A stretch of 64,000 nt of DNA. Source: Octopus bimaculoides. Lineage: Eukaryota. Below, piece by piece: positions 13,255 through 27,201 of the stretch. The notes beneath the pieces were generated by a model. That model did not search any database. It saw only the letters and a program-made list of their open reading frames with translations, and had not been told where the DNA came from. Within the stretch, counting starts at the first letter, position 1. Each line of letters opens with the position of its first letter. The position numbers and the translations under genes were made by a program. The stretch is taken from assembly GCF_001194135.2 (NCBI RefSeq), contig NC_068982.1, positions 51,188,305 through 51,252,304 of the forward strand. The letters run 5' to 3'.

Positions 13255-14460
13255 CGTATGTATATATATGTGTGTATGTATTTGTGGGCATATATATATA
13301 TATATAAATAATTATTCTCAGATTCATTTGTGTTCCAATTATAAAAATCAAATAGCATTAACTTCTACTGTTTTTGAAACAGGCAGCATTGCTTAAAAAG
13401 ATGTCATTGGTATTACGTCTACAAGTCAATATTTCGCTTCTATTATTCTTTGTTTAATGTTAGTTTCTTTTCTAGTTGATATTATCTAAATGTAATAATT
13501 CAATTATCTATTTTTTCAAAGGGACCTAAGGGTCGAAGTGGTTATCCTGGCTATCCGGTTTGTACTATTTTAAGACATGTTTGTTTTCTGGGTTTTTGTT
13601 TTTGCCCCTTCACTTTATATGCATTGTGTAAAAAGAAATATGATATGTTATTACTAAATTTCACTTGATAATATGAGTAGGTTACTATCATCATAATCAA
13701 CATCATCTTATAGCTGTTTTTTTTTCATTATTGGCATGTTTTGGATGGATTGTTTTTTGACATTGATTCCCTTCCTATTGCCAGCCCACTTTACAGACTA
13801 TTAGATATGAATACTCTATATTAATATTAGACACAGACATGGCTATCTGTTAAGAGGTTCACTTTGCAACTGGTTTTCCATCTCATTGTGCAGTAGCCAT
13901 ATGCTGACCAAAGCCTTGCAAGTAAAATTTGATGCTTAGCAACTCTGCAGAAGTTAGGTGTGTCTGTGTGTGAGTGTGCATGTGTGTGCGTGCGTGCGTG
14001 TGTGCATGCGTGCATGTGAAGAAGTGTCTGCACAGGAGGATAAAACCAAAATCTTGAATGAAAATGCCTTTTATTTTCTATAGTCTTGGTTGTCTCCCTT
14101 TACGACCTCTTGACTCAGTCTTTGATTTTTGTCCAAGGTAAACAAAATAAATACTGAAATACTGATTTGATCATAACCAACTAAAATCCAAAAAGTTATG
14201 CTCCAGCATGATCACAGTCTATCATATTTGAAACAGTTGTGTATTGATTGTATACATAATTTTAGGGTTAACTGCAATTTTATTGCTAATTCTAAATCAA
14301 TTTATCTTTCTTTAGCCATTAAATAATCTCTTCATTTCTTTCTACTCATCTACTTGTATTGTCTCTATGGAAGCACTTTAAATGCATGTTTCATCAGTTT
14401 ATATATATATATATAGTGTCATTATAAAGTCCTTGTAGAATGTCAGATTTGCATATCTTT

Positions 14461-14531
<71 letters not shown>

Positions 14532-17500
14532 NNNNNNNNNNNNNNNNNNNNNNNNNNNNNNNNNNNNNNNNNNNNNNNNNNNNNNNNNNNNNNNNNNNNN
14601 NNNNNNNNNNNNNNNNNNNNNNNNNNNNNNNNNNNNNNNNNNNNNNNNNNNNNNNNNNNNNNNNNNNNNNNNNNNNNNNNNNNNNNNNNNNNNNNNNNNN
14701 NNNNNNNNNNNNNNNNNNNNNNNNNNNNNNNNNNNNNNNNNNNNNNNNNNNNNNNNNNNNNNNNNNNNNNNNNNNNNNNNNNNNNNNNNNNNNNNNNNNN
14801 NNNNNNNNNNNNNNNNNNNNNNNNNNNNNNNNNNNNNNNNNNNNNNNNNNNNNNNNNNNNNNNNNNNNNNNNNNNNNNNNNNNNNNNNNNNNNNNNNNNN
14901 NNNNNNNNNNNNNNNNNNNNAGAAGTTTTCTAACCTTAGAACATTTTATAAACTGGTTCAAAGATGCTTATTTTAATATTTTGCTATATCTGCATATCTG
15001 ATGTTCTATTTTTCTTAATATTATTTTTAAATGATATTTCTAAGTATTTCAATTTCTTTTTCAACTTGTGAAAGATTCTCTGAGTTTTTTTTCAAAATAA
15101 AATCTCCTTCTTTTATTTTAAACTGTATAGTTTAATCCTTGATAATGTAAACTTTATATGATTTAATGAATATAGATTTACCACGTCAATGTTTTATTGG
15201 AATCAACCAGCTCATGGCATGATTATATTGAAAAAAATATGTTTTATTTCATGCCTCAATGAGTCTTAACATTTTGAAATGCCTTGATTTGAAGTGAAAA
15301 TTTGAATGGATATAACAATAATTTAAGTTATGTTGGCTATTAAATTTTATTTTTAGCTAACTGAGGTCAGAGCAAACTTGACTCTGAAACTGTAGAATGT
15401 AAAATATCTTCGAAGCATGCTTCTAAGTTACTCTATAAAGTGATAGCATCTAGAGAAAGAGTTGTAAATTTTTATAAACAAAATTTTATTATCATGTAAA
15501 ACCAAGTACTTTTTGTTTATAGTTAAAATATATAATTTTATCTTGTCAAGAATCTCAAGTATAATATCTCTGTTATTTTAATATGTAGCTTATTTCAATA
15601 ATGAAATATATTTCAATAAAGTTATGTGACGGAAGAAGCTAGCATGCTGAAAACTAACAAATTTGAATGAACTGTAAAACACATTTTTTGATAGTTGTTT
15701 TTGTTGCACTCTAAGATATATATCATTTGAAATATTCTAATAAAGCTTTGTTGAGAACATGCATGCTGTATAATAATCAGTACTGCATCATAAAAACTTA
15801 ATTACAATCTGATAAATATCCTGAATACACTTCACTATAGCATGTAATAAATATTGAACTCTGAAAGGTTCCCAATAGTCTGTTAAAATAGAAAATAAAT
15901 AGTTATTTACTGCATCATCATTCAATGTAAATATATATTCTTCTGTATATAGGGACCAGGTGGTTTAAAAGGAGGAAAGGGTGATGTGGTAAGTATTTAG
16001 CTTCGCACAAATTAAAAAATTAAAATAAGAATATCAAATTTGTGATGAAATATTTTTTCCACTGCTATATATATGTCTCAGCTCAGTAAATTTTCTAAGT
16101 AAATGTTATAATTTTCCATAGAAAAATTTGAACCCTCAATTATTTTCAATTAAAAAAAAGTCCAATATTAAATTTTCCATTAGTACCTATAATTTACTTT
16201 AAATTCCCTTGCATTAGTCAAATTTTCAAAATTTTATTTAACAATATTTTTTGTGAGAAACATTTCAAAATTTATATATTAACTCTTCAATTTTAAAATT
16301 TCAGAAATACTTAGTTATAGAATATCAGATGATATCAATTTATTGGTTATATTTACAGTTCACTTTCCTACCTGTTGCTTCATGTTTGAGAGCCACTGGA
16401 TTAAGTGAAGACCTCAAATTGATTTCAATCTATTTGATTATATTATCATTCATTATTAATAAACTTTTTATTTCCTTAAGGCTTAGATTTCACTTACCTT
16501 ATTTTTTAAAAGAAAGGAATATATTCAAGTTTTACTTTAGCTAATAGTTTTACTTTTGTATTGCTTCAGTACAAATTTGTCTTGAAAAGCATTGAATATT
16601 ATTTAATTTTTTTTTTAATTATTAGTTTATTGAGTGACTCACAGAATTAAGGTTATAATTTAATTACTACCTGCAATTAAGTATTCAGGAAAATGGCATG
16701 TTTGATAATTCAAATATTTTAATACTAATTCTATACAACTTACATAACTAAAATATCAACTGCATGATGTTCTATTTGTTAAAATAGATAGAAATTTAAA
16801 CATCTCAACTATCTTACCTACTTCTCATATTTCTTAAAGTAGGAATATATATATATGAATATAGATTTAAAGCATAGCTATTGCATCATCATCATCATCA
16901 TCGATAGTGGCATGAATAACTCTCATGGATTTGTAATTAATATTTCATGATTTCATGAAATATTAAACATTTAGTGACTAGCAATCTTCTGTTTCTGACA
17001 CTCCACTGCACATACAGGTGTGTGGCTGTGTGTGATATGTATAAATGTATGCATGTATGTATAAATACATTTGTGTATAAGTATATGTATAATGAAGGCA
17101 CATGGCCTACTGGTTAGGATGTTGGGCTCATGAGCACAAGGATATAGGCTTGTTTCTTTGACCTTGTGATATGTCCTTGAGTTAGGCACTTTTATATTGC
17201 TCCAGCTGACTTAGCTAAAATGAATATTGGCTGAGTACTGGTACAGCCCCAACACCCCCACCCCCACCCACCCCATTCCCTGGTAGTCACATCATTGATG
17301 TTGCACTTGTCAATGATGATAGAGATGAGGGGTCTGCTCACAACATAGGTATGTACAACAATTAGTAAAAGTATATTACATCTTTGATTATGAGTCGTGA
17401 CCATTTATATATATATATCATAAACACCATTTAACGTCTACTTTTCCATTGGGTCAAATAGAATTTGTTGAGGCAGATCTTCTAGATGCTCTTCCAGTTG

Positions 17501-20500
17501 CCAGCCCTTCTCTGTTTCCAAAAGAGTTGATATTTCCTCATGGCCAGTTATGCTTTTCACAGAAGACTGGAAATCAACAACATTCTTTGTATAACAGTGA
17601 TGATTGTATATAGATATACTTGTGTATAGGAGCAGCTGTTGATTGAGTTTTCCTTTGGTTTTAGGCCAGGTCAGTGACTAGTAAAGGAAGTTGAGTAACC
17701 ATTAACTTCTGGTGGTTTATCACCATCTGTAATTCTTCAGGTCTGAAAGATATAGCAAAAAATTATAGGTAGCAACAGAGTGAATAGCTAGCTTCAAACA
17801 AAATACATGTCTTTCATTCAGTTTTAGTCAATGCAATACTTCTGAATTTCATGATTTTAGCTAGCTATTAGGAATAGTCATCAGAGTTTGCAAGATAAGT
17901 TGTATTTGGTAGACTAAGCATCTCATTAAAGAAAGTTTATCAGTCAGCTGCTTATTACTATGGAAATTATAAAATTAAACTTTTGCCCTGCCATGTAAAA
18001 GATCTTATCACTTATTAAAAAAATAATATATTCCAAATTTATCATTATTTAATTCTTATAGTTAAATATACATCATCCACATAGCATGAATATTATTTTT
18101 TCAAGCATCACTTTATTAATATGGCTATATAATGTTGTCTACTATAATCTAACATACAACTAATGTGTTATGTTTTGAGAAGTTTAACCCTACAAAATCA
18201 ACAAATTCTGTATTGTATTATGTCTATATCCTACTTATGTGTTATTACTTGTGTGTTCCATTTCAGGGACTACCAGGTCCAAAAGGAGACAAAGGAGAAA
18301 AGGTATTGTATTAACTTTATTTTGTTCCATGAAATAAAATGTTATTTCTGTTATCTATATACATTAAACTACTTTTAAAAATGAAAATGTTTTATCATCC
18401 TGGGTGGAAATCCTGAAGCAGAAATTTTGAGTGTCAGTTTTGCCCAAGTGTAATATTTTCTATTGAATTAACAGAGATGAACACCAATGGTAAATTAATG
18501 CCTATCACTATTATCATATCAAGTTTATACTATAAAAGCTGGATATTGTAACATTACACCTTCCTTTACTTAAAATTCAAAACCTCCAATCATCAAACCA
18601 ATAGTATAATTTTTGCATAACAGCTTCTGAAATCAGTCTAGGTTTTCAAATGAAAATGTGGTTATTGTAACTGTTACATAAAGTGAAGACTACACTCCAA
18701 TCTCTCTATTAGTTTACAACTAATTGCATTCCTATTATCGAGTTAAAAAACTTGAATTTAATAATCCTAATAGACACAAATGATAATAGAGAGAATAGAT
18801 GTGCAACTCACACATTAAATATATTGAGTCTATTACAGGCAATCAGCAATACTCTTATGTTTACATACCTTTTCACAATCTGAAAGTAAAGTAAAACTGA
18901 CACTGAAATATGTTATTGAAATCTTTGAAATATATGAATCAATTTTCCAAAATGTTTGGTCTATACTAAGATCCATTAAGCAACCAGTGCTAAAGCCTAT
19001 GAAAATTGTTTAGTGAAAGGAATTGTATATGGACCAAGATAACTCTTGCAAAATATGTAAAAATGATTATACATATCTAATATGAATTAAACGGTCAGTA
19101 TTTCTGATTTTCAACTGCAGGTTGTAAAATATAACATTTTTCAAACCAATAAGGTAATACTGAGATATCAAGGAAGAAAGACAAATAAAAAGAAAGTTAA
19201 ATGCAATCAAAGTAACAAAATGAATACTTAGAAATTGATCCATTCATAGGCTCCTACAGCACTATGGCATGTGTTTTTCAATTCTATGCTTGTACACTCC
19301 AGTTTCCTAATGAAAAAGGAACAGTTATGAAATATGCAACATTTACAGTTTAGTATGAAAAATCCAAATTTCTATTTATTTTTTTAATAAATGTTTCTTT
19401 CAGGGTATTCGTGGAGAAACAGGGCAGAAAGGAAATCCTGGATTACCTGGTTATGATGGTATCAAAGGTTCTAAAGTAAGTAAGAAGATTCATGTATATC
19501 AATGATATTTTATAGAACAATTTCATGAATTATTGAGAAATGAGCCCTGCAAGGTGGCATGGTTGATGCATCAAGTATCACTGACCATTCTCCATGGCAA
19601 TGCCATTGTGGTCATATCCATGGAGCACAGCTGAGCCCACTATTCTGGGGCTTACAACCTGTTACTCTCTCCCTCCATCTTCTGCTGCCTTTTGTTTTTC
19701 TTTTTCTTTTCATTTCAAGAGTAATTTACTCATATAATGATAGGATGGTTAGGGTTATCAACAATGTTAGTGAAATGATTTCAGCAAGAAAGCCACAGTT
19801 GGGTAACATGTCTCCCAGAAACATTTTGTAAAGTAGAACAAAATGGCTTTTGAGGCCTTGAGAGGAAATTATGCTCAAACTTGAAATATAGGCTAAATAA
19901 ACCTTGAGTCCACATTTAAGTCCTCATTGAAGTAAAGAAAACAGCATAAGATGAACTTTTAAAGTTGTAAGTTTGGTAAATTTGGTAAATAAATATAATT
20001 TTGACAGCTTTTGTTCAAATTAAAATGCAAAAGCATCACTTAAATGTATTTTTACACCTGGCTTCAATTAAAATACTTATAATACTTTAGAATAATAAAG
20101 AATTAGAATTGCTGTATAATGTATTAAGATTAGAATATCAGTTTGATATTATTATAATGTTAAAATTTTAATTTTCTTTATATTTCTTGTGAATAAATAT
20201 TGGTTCACTTATTGTTCTTTATTTAATTGAGGAATATTAAATTAACTTTTCTTCTTCATTCTTGTGACATTATAAATTACTTTAAAGTGGTGAGCTGGCA
20301 GAATCGTTAGCACACCAGGCAAAATGCTTAACAGTATTTAGTCTGCTGCCTACATTCTGAGTTCAAACTCCGCTTTGGTTGACTCTACCTTTTATCCTTT
20401 TGGAGTCAATAAATGAAATACCAGTGAGAGAACACTGGGATCGATGTAATCAACTAGTCTCCTCCCCCAAATTTCAGGCCTTGTGCTTATAGTAGAAAAG

Positions 20501-23500
20501 GTTTATAAATTACTTTACTTTCTATGATTATGTGTTGGAAAGTACAATACTAATATTTAATCTTTACTGAAAAATTTCCTCTTTGGATACTTTTTCTGTT
20601 TTATTTTATTTTTATTCATAATTATGCTGCTTTCTCAGTATCACTTAATTTTTAGTTTGTGATTATTTTATATAACTGTTCTACATTCTACATTATTTTT
20701 TTACTAACATGATCTTTAAAATTATGTGGTATCATCAAGGAATTTATGAACTATGGATTAATTAATAGTTTTAATAATTGTTTTTGATAAATTAATATTA
20801 AAATTATTTTCTCAGAATCTTATAGGGTTCTGTGTTTTCATTAAAGACAGTATCATTAATTTAATGAATAATTACCTTTTTTTTTTTGATGACTTTGCCA
20901 TTCAAGGCTAACAATCTACCAGAGAAAATACATGTCGCTAATTACCAACTGGGTCCAGTGGACCCAAAATTTTTCTTTTAATTAAATTTTATTCGAACTA
21001 CCACTATTTCTTAGCTACATTATAGATACCATTAGGTGAATAAAGAATTACTGTTTCTCACTAATTTTAATTAAAAAAGATACAGCATACAGAATATATT
21101 CTAAATTTTAAAAATTACAAAAATACAGAATTACAGCTTTTTATGACAGTGAATGCAGGCAACATTGGAATGTTCTTGGCAAACATGGATATTACAATTC
21201 TTACATGTAGTACAAGTTTTCCTGTCTTTTTTGGGGCCGCACAAAGAACATATTCCTTTTTTCTTTGGATGAGGAATCGCAAATGAGGTTGAAGATTGTC
21301 TTCTTGTTTGGTTAAGAAATGTTAGTGGAACTAGAAGATTGTTTGCCATGTTCTTGTTTAGCATTAACTCCATTGGTAGACTGAAGGTTAATTATAGAGA
21401 ATGTAAATTTGGGATCAGTTAATTCCAACTCCTTATCAAATGAAGAGCCATACTTTTAAATCTGTTGAAGATGAAATGACCCTGATGTGATGACTGATGA
21501 TGAGTTAAACTCCTATAAATACACTTTGTTGCAAACTTTTTTGGTGATCAATAAAACACCATTCCAATACAATTTGGGGTTCTTGTAGATAGAGTGCAAA
21601 TGAAACCTCAAAATTGCTACTTAAAAAGATCTCTTGTGAAATACAGACAAATAAGACAATATGTCAACAAATATATTATCTTGGAATATTATTAATTATT
21701 AATACAAGATCATTCCTAAGAAATAATGCTACAATCCAGCTAAACAGAAAACTTTATCAAACAGGGTCCATGCAAATTAAGTTGAGTCAAGTAGAAAATT
21801 GACATATAGACTTCAGAAATATTAGAGTATTAGATGTGATTATGAAAAAAAGGACTATAAAAAAAACTTAATTGAAATATATTTATAATTCATAAATCTT
21901 TCTCATCAATAACTTCAAACCAATGTGAATTAAGAATATTTTTTAAGAATCTTCTTTTGTAGGTATTATTTTCATTATCACAACTATCATTATTGTATTA
22001 TCACAGTTCTAAATCTGTTTATTAAAGCTTACAAACCAAATTAATCATTGAAAGGCGAAACAACAAAATTTCTTATGAGTACTTCAATGATTTCCTGGTT
22101 CAGTTTTCAGTTTATATTTTGAAAAAGTACATGAACATGGAACATTGGGTTTATGGTCATCAAACAAAACACTCCTTTATGTTTGCCTAAAGCTTCATGT
22201 CTTTTTAAAACCAATATTATTTTTTAATGGTGATGTTGTTTTTAATATTAAATGTTGTTTCAATATTTTAATTTCAAACTTTAGAATAAATACTTTCCTA
22301 TGTTAATATTCAGCTCCATATTAAAAAATTTAGAATCATTAACTCATACTATACAGATTTATTCATAATAACCTTAATGTTCCTTTATTTATCAATATAC
22401 AAGTTGAATTTTGAAAATTAAATTAGTTCTGCTTTATTTACAATTAAACTGGATGAAATTACTCAAATATTTTTTTTAAATTTAGCTTTAATCCTACCAT
22501 TAAATTATGTGTATGAGCCCCAAAATCCAAAGGGCCAAAGAAGCAGCACCTGTCATTGTCTTTATGTAATATAGCTAAATTACATCAGCTTTTTGAAGCC
22601 CATTACTTTTTTAAAATAAACTCATGGGGAGTTTTGAACTCAACACTGTGAGTTAATGAAAATATTTCAATTATATAGTTCAGGTATGAATAACATTATC
22701 ATTTTTTACCCGTGTATTTACTGCCTTGATTGTGAATACAATGAAGTACAGTTAACAAGACAGTGATCTTTCAGCCATTCAATGAACTAAGCTGGCTGCA
22801 GCTTACAAAAAAAACCAAAATGTTAAAAACTAGAATAAACGAAATTTGCATCAGTGTATAAAATATTTAAACATAACACACTACATGTATGGTCCACAAA
22901 ACTGAAAATTCAACATTTAATATGAACTGTTTATGTAAAGGAAGTTGCAACAACTGCTATTAATATATATATTTTCCTTTTTAGACAGGAGTGAAGCGTT
23001 CAGTTAAACTTCAAGATGGATTAATCCATCTAAAGGTATTTGTTACTAACCCACTTCTTAAATTCACTTATTTATAAATTTATGGTTTAAATTTATATCA
23101 ATATCATTTATTTCAAAATAATTCCATCATCACTTCGTTAAAGAATGTCATTTGAAATTAAATCCATCTTACTAAAATCTTTTATTATTGTATTAATTTA
23201 TTTTATAACAGAGTGTATTTCACTTTGTGATGTTGCCTCTGTAAATATCTTCGAAAAAACGGTTTGCAGCATAGGAAATTTCTAAGTATTTACATCATTA
23301 TTAACATTTAAATAATATTATCTTTCTTTCTTCCTAGATGTGATACATTAATTTCTCACAATTCTGTTTGTATTATTAATTACACATTCATAATGATATA
23401 CTTTTTTTCTAGGATGCTACATATGAAGTTATAACCATTAAGGTTTGTGCTTAGATCCTCAGATTTTTGCATGTTTTCTTACAACTGCACTTTTATTTCT

Positions 23501-23594
23501 CAAAAAGGTAGCTTCTAAATCAACTCATTTTCTTTCTAATTATTGACATCTGATATTGAAGTTAGAAAAACTTGAAAGAAACATGCATATTATC

Positions 23595-23630
<36 letters not shown>

Positions 23631-26600
23631 GTGACATGCATGTTTCTTTCAACTTTTCCTATCTTCAGCACAGCATTTACTAGAGGTCCACCAAACATAC
23701 CAACTTTGATCTAGACATCAGAGAGCTCTCAGTTCATAAAATGGATTTTGAAAAGCTACACCTCAAAATTCTAAGGCTTTTACTAGCTGTTTTATAAATC
23801 CTAGTTTTGTATAAATTTGGGGGTAATAAAACCTTTTAGGTCTCGCAAGTGGCTGCCTGATCGCATTTAATTTTCTTGGCTGTAATTCCTACTGTGGAGG
23901 TCCAGTGAACTTAATGATAATGATCACTAACACCCCTGTTTTATCATAAACAAAGGAAAAAGGCAATCATCTTGAAATCCCCTTACACATCTCACTTAAA
24001 TTCTATTCAGGTGATTTTCTCAAATAGCTGTTGTACATTTTCATTATATTCTTTCATTTGCCCTAAGTAGTAGAGGTGGTTATTGGTTTCAATTGTGAAG
24101 TTATCTGTACTTCTAATTACTAAGAGCTTGTAAGCTCAGCTTACAGGTTCTTAATAAAAGTACAAGTTTCATAGTAATCTAACCACAATAAATATTAATT
24201 CCATTTACAGATACTTGTGATATCAGTAGGCTATAGAAGACAATGTCTGGCTACTGATGGGTTTACCTTCACTATCTATCATCATTGTAATGTCAAGAAT
24301 GCAAGGAAACATAATCATCATCATGATTCTCTCCATATTCTGGGAATACTCATTCTCATACCTTTTAGCTATCCTTCATGAATAGATTAACAACTTGCAC
24401 ATATTACATGGCGGTGAGGGTAGCAAAGATTGTTTTAGTCACTGGTAGTTACTCTGAAGTACATCCTTTATGCTGTCCAAAAATTGGCAGAATTCAAAAT
24501 TTCATGTGATGTTAGTTTGAGTCCAACAAAATATCTATAAAGATAATGCATTTAGCCGGTTTTGGCATTTTTACTTGAAATAGCAGTTGAATTTTCCTTG
24601 GGCTATAGGCTATTGTCTTAAACAAAAATGACACACCATCTGAATAAAATACGGGATGACATGGCTTGAATGCCTTTTATCATAATTTTGTTCACTTAAG
24701 GCTAACTTATTGATAAACAATTACAAAACAAGGTGAGAAAATGAGTTAATTTACAACTAAATGCTACTATCTTTTTCCACTTTCAGATTCATATTTCTCA
24801 AAAGCAAGCATGACGGAAAATATTTACTGCATTTATTTTTCTTCTTTTTGATATTTTATTTTATTTTAAGTTCTGCTTTAGTCTTTACACAAGGAACATT
24901 TAACTAGAATGAATGTGCATGTTTTAATCTTCAGTTTGTTTTGCATGTATTGTTAGGGAGACCGTGGCCCCAAAGGCTTACCAGGTGCTCTTGGGGAAGA
25001 TGCAGAAATAAGAATTATTGAATTAAAGGTAAATAGATATTTTAACTGATTTTAGAGATTTAAAAAAATATATATACAGTGTAGCTTTTAATTAACCACG
25101 ACATTTAAATATAAATATATTATATATTGGGTCATTCCATGAATAATGCAGTTTTTTATACGTGAAGACCTTCTTTATCCTGGGGTGCCGATGTTTCTCT
25201 TTTCCTTAACCACTGTCTTTGGTGCTTTACATTTTTATAAAGAACCCATTTCTCATCACCAGTCACCATTTGGTCCAAAAAAGGTTCATTCATGAGACGT
25301 GACAGCAAGGAAGAATATACATTCACTCTTTGCACACGATTAGACTCAGCAAGTTTGTGAGGAACCCATTCACCCAATTTGCTAACTTTTTCAATGGCAT
25401 ACAGGTGTCAATTAATGGTCGAATGATCAAATTGAAGCTTCTCTGCTAGTTCCTCAACAGTTTCGATGGGAATTTGTTCCACCAGGTTTTGCAGAATGTC
25501 CTTGTCAAGCTCTACAGATCTTCCAGGACAAGAACTTGGAATTTCTGGAACCACTGTTGACATTGGCTTACACTCATTATTCAATCCCCATATACTGCAT
25601 TAATATTCTTTGTACTTTCCATTGAGTTGTTGCTGTTATTGAACTCATAAAGCAAAATATGCCGAATATGCTCCTTTGTCACTTCCATTATAGCTTTGAA
25701 AAAATATCTGTTAAAATCGAACTGCACTCTTCAAAACTTGCACTAAGAATAAGCACAAGGTAAAATTACTACCAGCTTTTATAGTAAGTTGATGCAGGTA
25801 GTTTATCCCGTCCCCCTCCAACTTTAAGTTGATGCAATTGAAAAAAACCACATTATTTATGATATATACACACATGTATACATTCAGTATAGGTTTTAAT
25901 TAGCCATGATTTTTAATAATAAAACTGTTATTTTCACCCTTTCATTACCGTATTTATTTTGAGATGCTCTATGTTTCTTTCAATTAATTTTAAATATAAC
26001 AAAGAATTAAGTAAAATAACTTATAAGTCATAACATAATTTGTGTCTATGGTTTCATGGAAGATTTTAACTCAAGACTTAAGAAAACAAAACATTTGTAC
26101 TACAGAGCCAGAGGTAGTTTCAGCTGGGTTTTTATCAAAAGGGTTAAAGCATATTTATGGCTAAAGTAGGGCATCACAGGTTTTTGACTGCTCTTGCTAT
26201 AGCAGTTGCTTATACAAGTTGTCACTTGTTAATATAAATAGTTACTCTATTTACTCTAGCTTTATAGTTCCATCCATTGAAGGATTCTCATCACTAGATA
26301 ACCAGACATTTTGATAAGTTTATACTACCAAATAGTCACCATATTGATATTGCAGAAAGTAAAATGGAAGACATAATTTTACTATATCTCCAAAAGCTAT
26401 ATTAACATCACATAAGTGAAATAGAATAGCTAAATTTGCAAAACAGCTGATGTATTGCACAGTTCAAGCTATATCAATACAATATGGACATGGAATGATA
26501 AATTTGTATTAAATTGAGTTTACAAAGTTCTATTATGCAGGAATTTTTTTCCTTTGAATCCTCAAATAAAGCTTTTACATCACGAGAAGACCATTTTAGA

Positions 26601-27170
26601 TTTCATTCATGGAAGCAATATACAAATAGGTGATTTCTTTTATTTGATTATCAAAATTTATTATTATCATGATTTTTTTCCTGCACATGGCTTTAGGATG
26701 CAACATAGACAGTTGCATATGCATATTAAATTTTAAAATTCCTCTTATTGTTTAAATAGCACTTCTTTTTATTTCTTAACTGTAATAAAGTGTTATTTCT
26801 TAGTGCTTGCATTATTGTTTTACATTCAAATGCATGTAAATGTTTATTTGTGTTAAACTTTCAAAACATTCCCAAACTGTGTTTCAAAACATTTTGCTAG
26901 ATTAAACAGATTTATTCAAAGCATGTAGCTTACTTATGTTGCATGATTACATCTGCTTTAGGCAAATTACCATAATGAAATTTACTATTATAATCATTTC
27001 TACTATATTACTAGACATGTACCATTACAATTCTTATTTACTGTATAAGATTTATTTATATTGTAACAATCAAATCTTGAATCTTAACCAGTTGGGAGAA
27101 TTTTCTTCAAGTCCACAATCATAAGGCAGTTCATTGTTTTTTTCTGTATCTATATATATAAAAATGAGAA

Positions 27171-27201
<31 letters not shown>

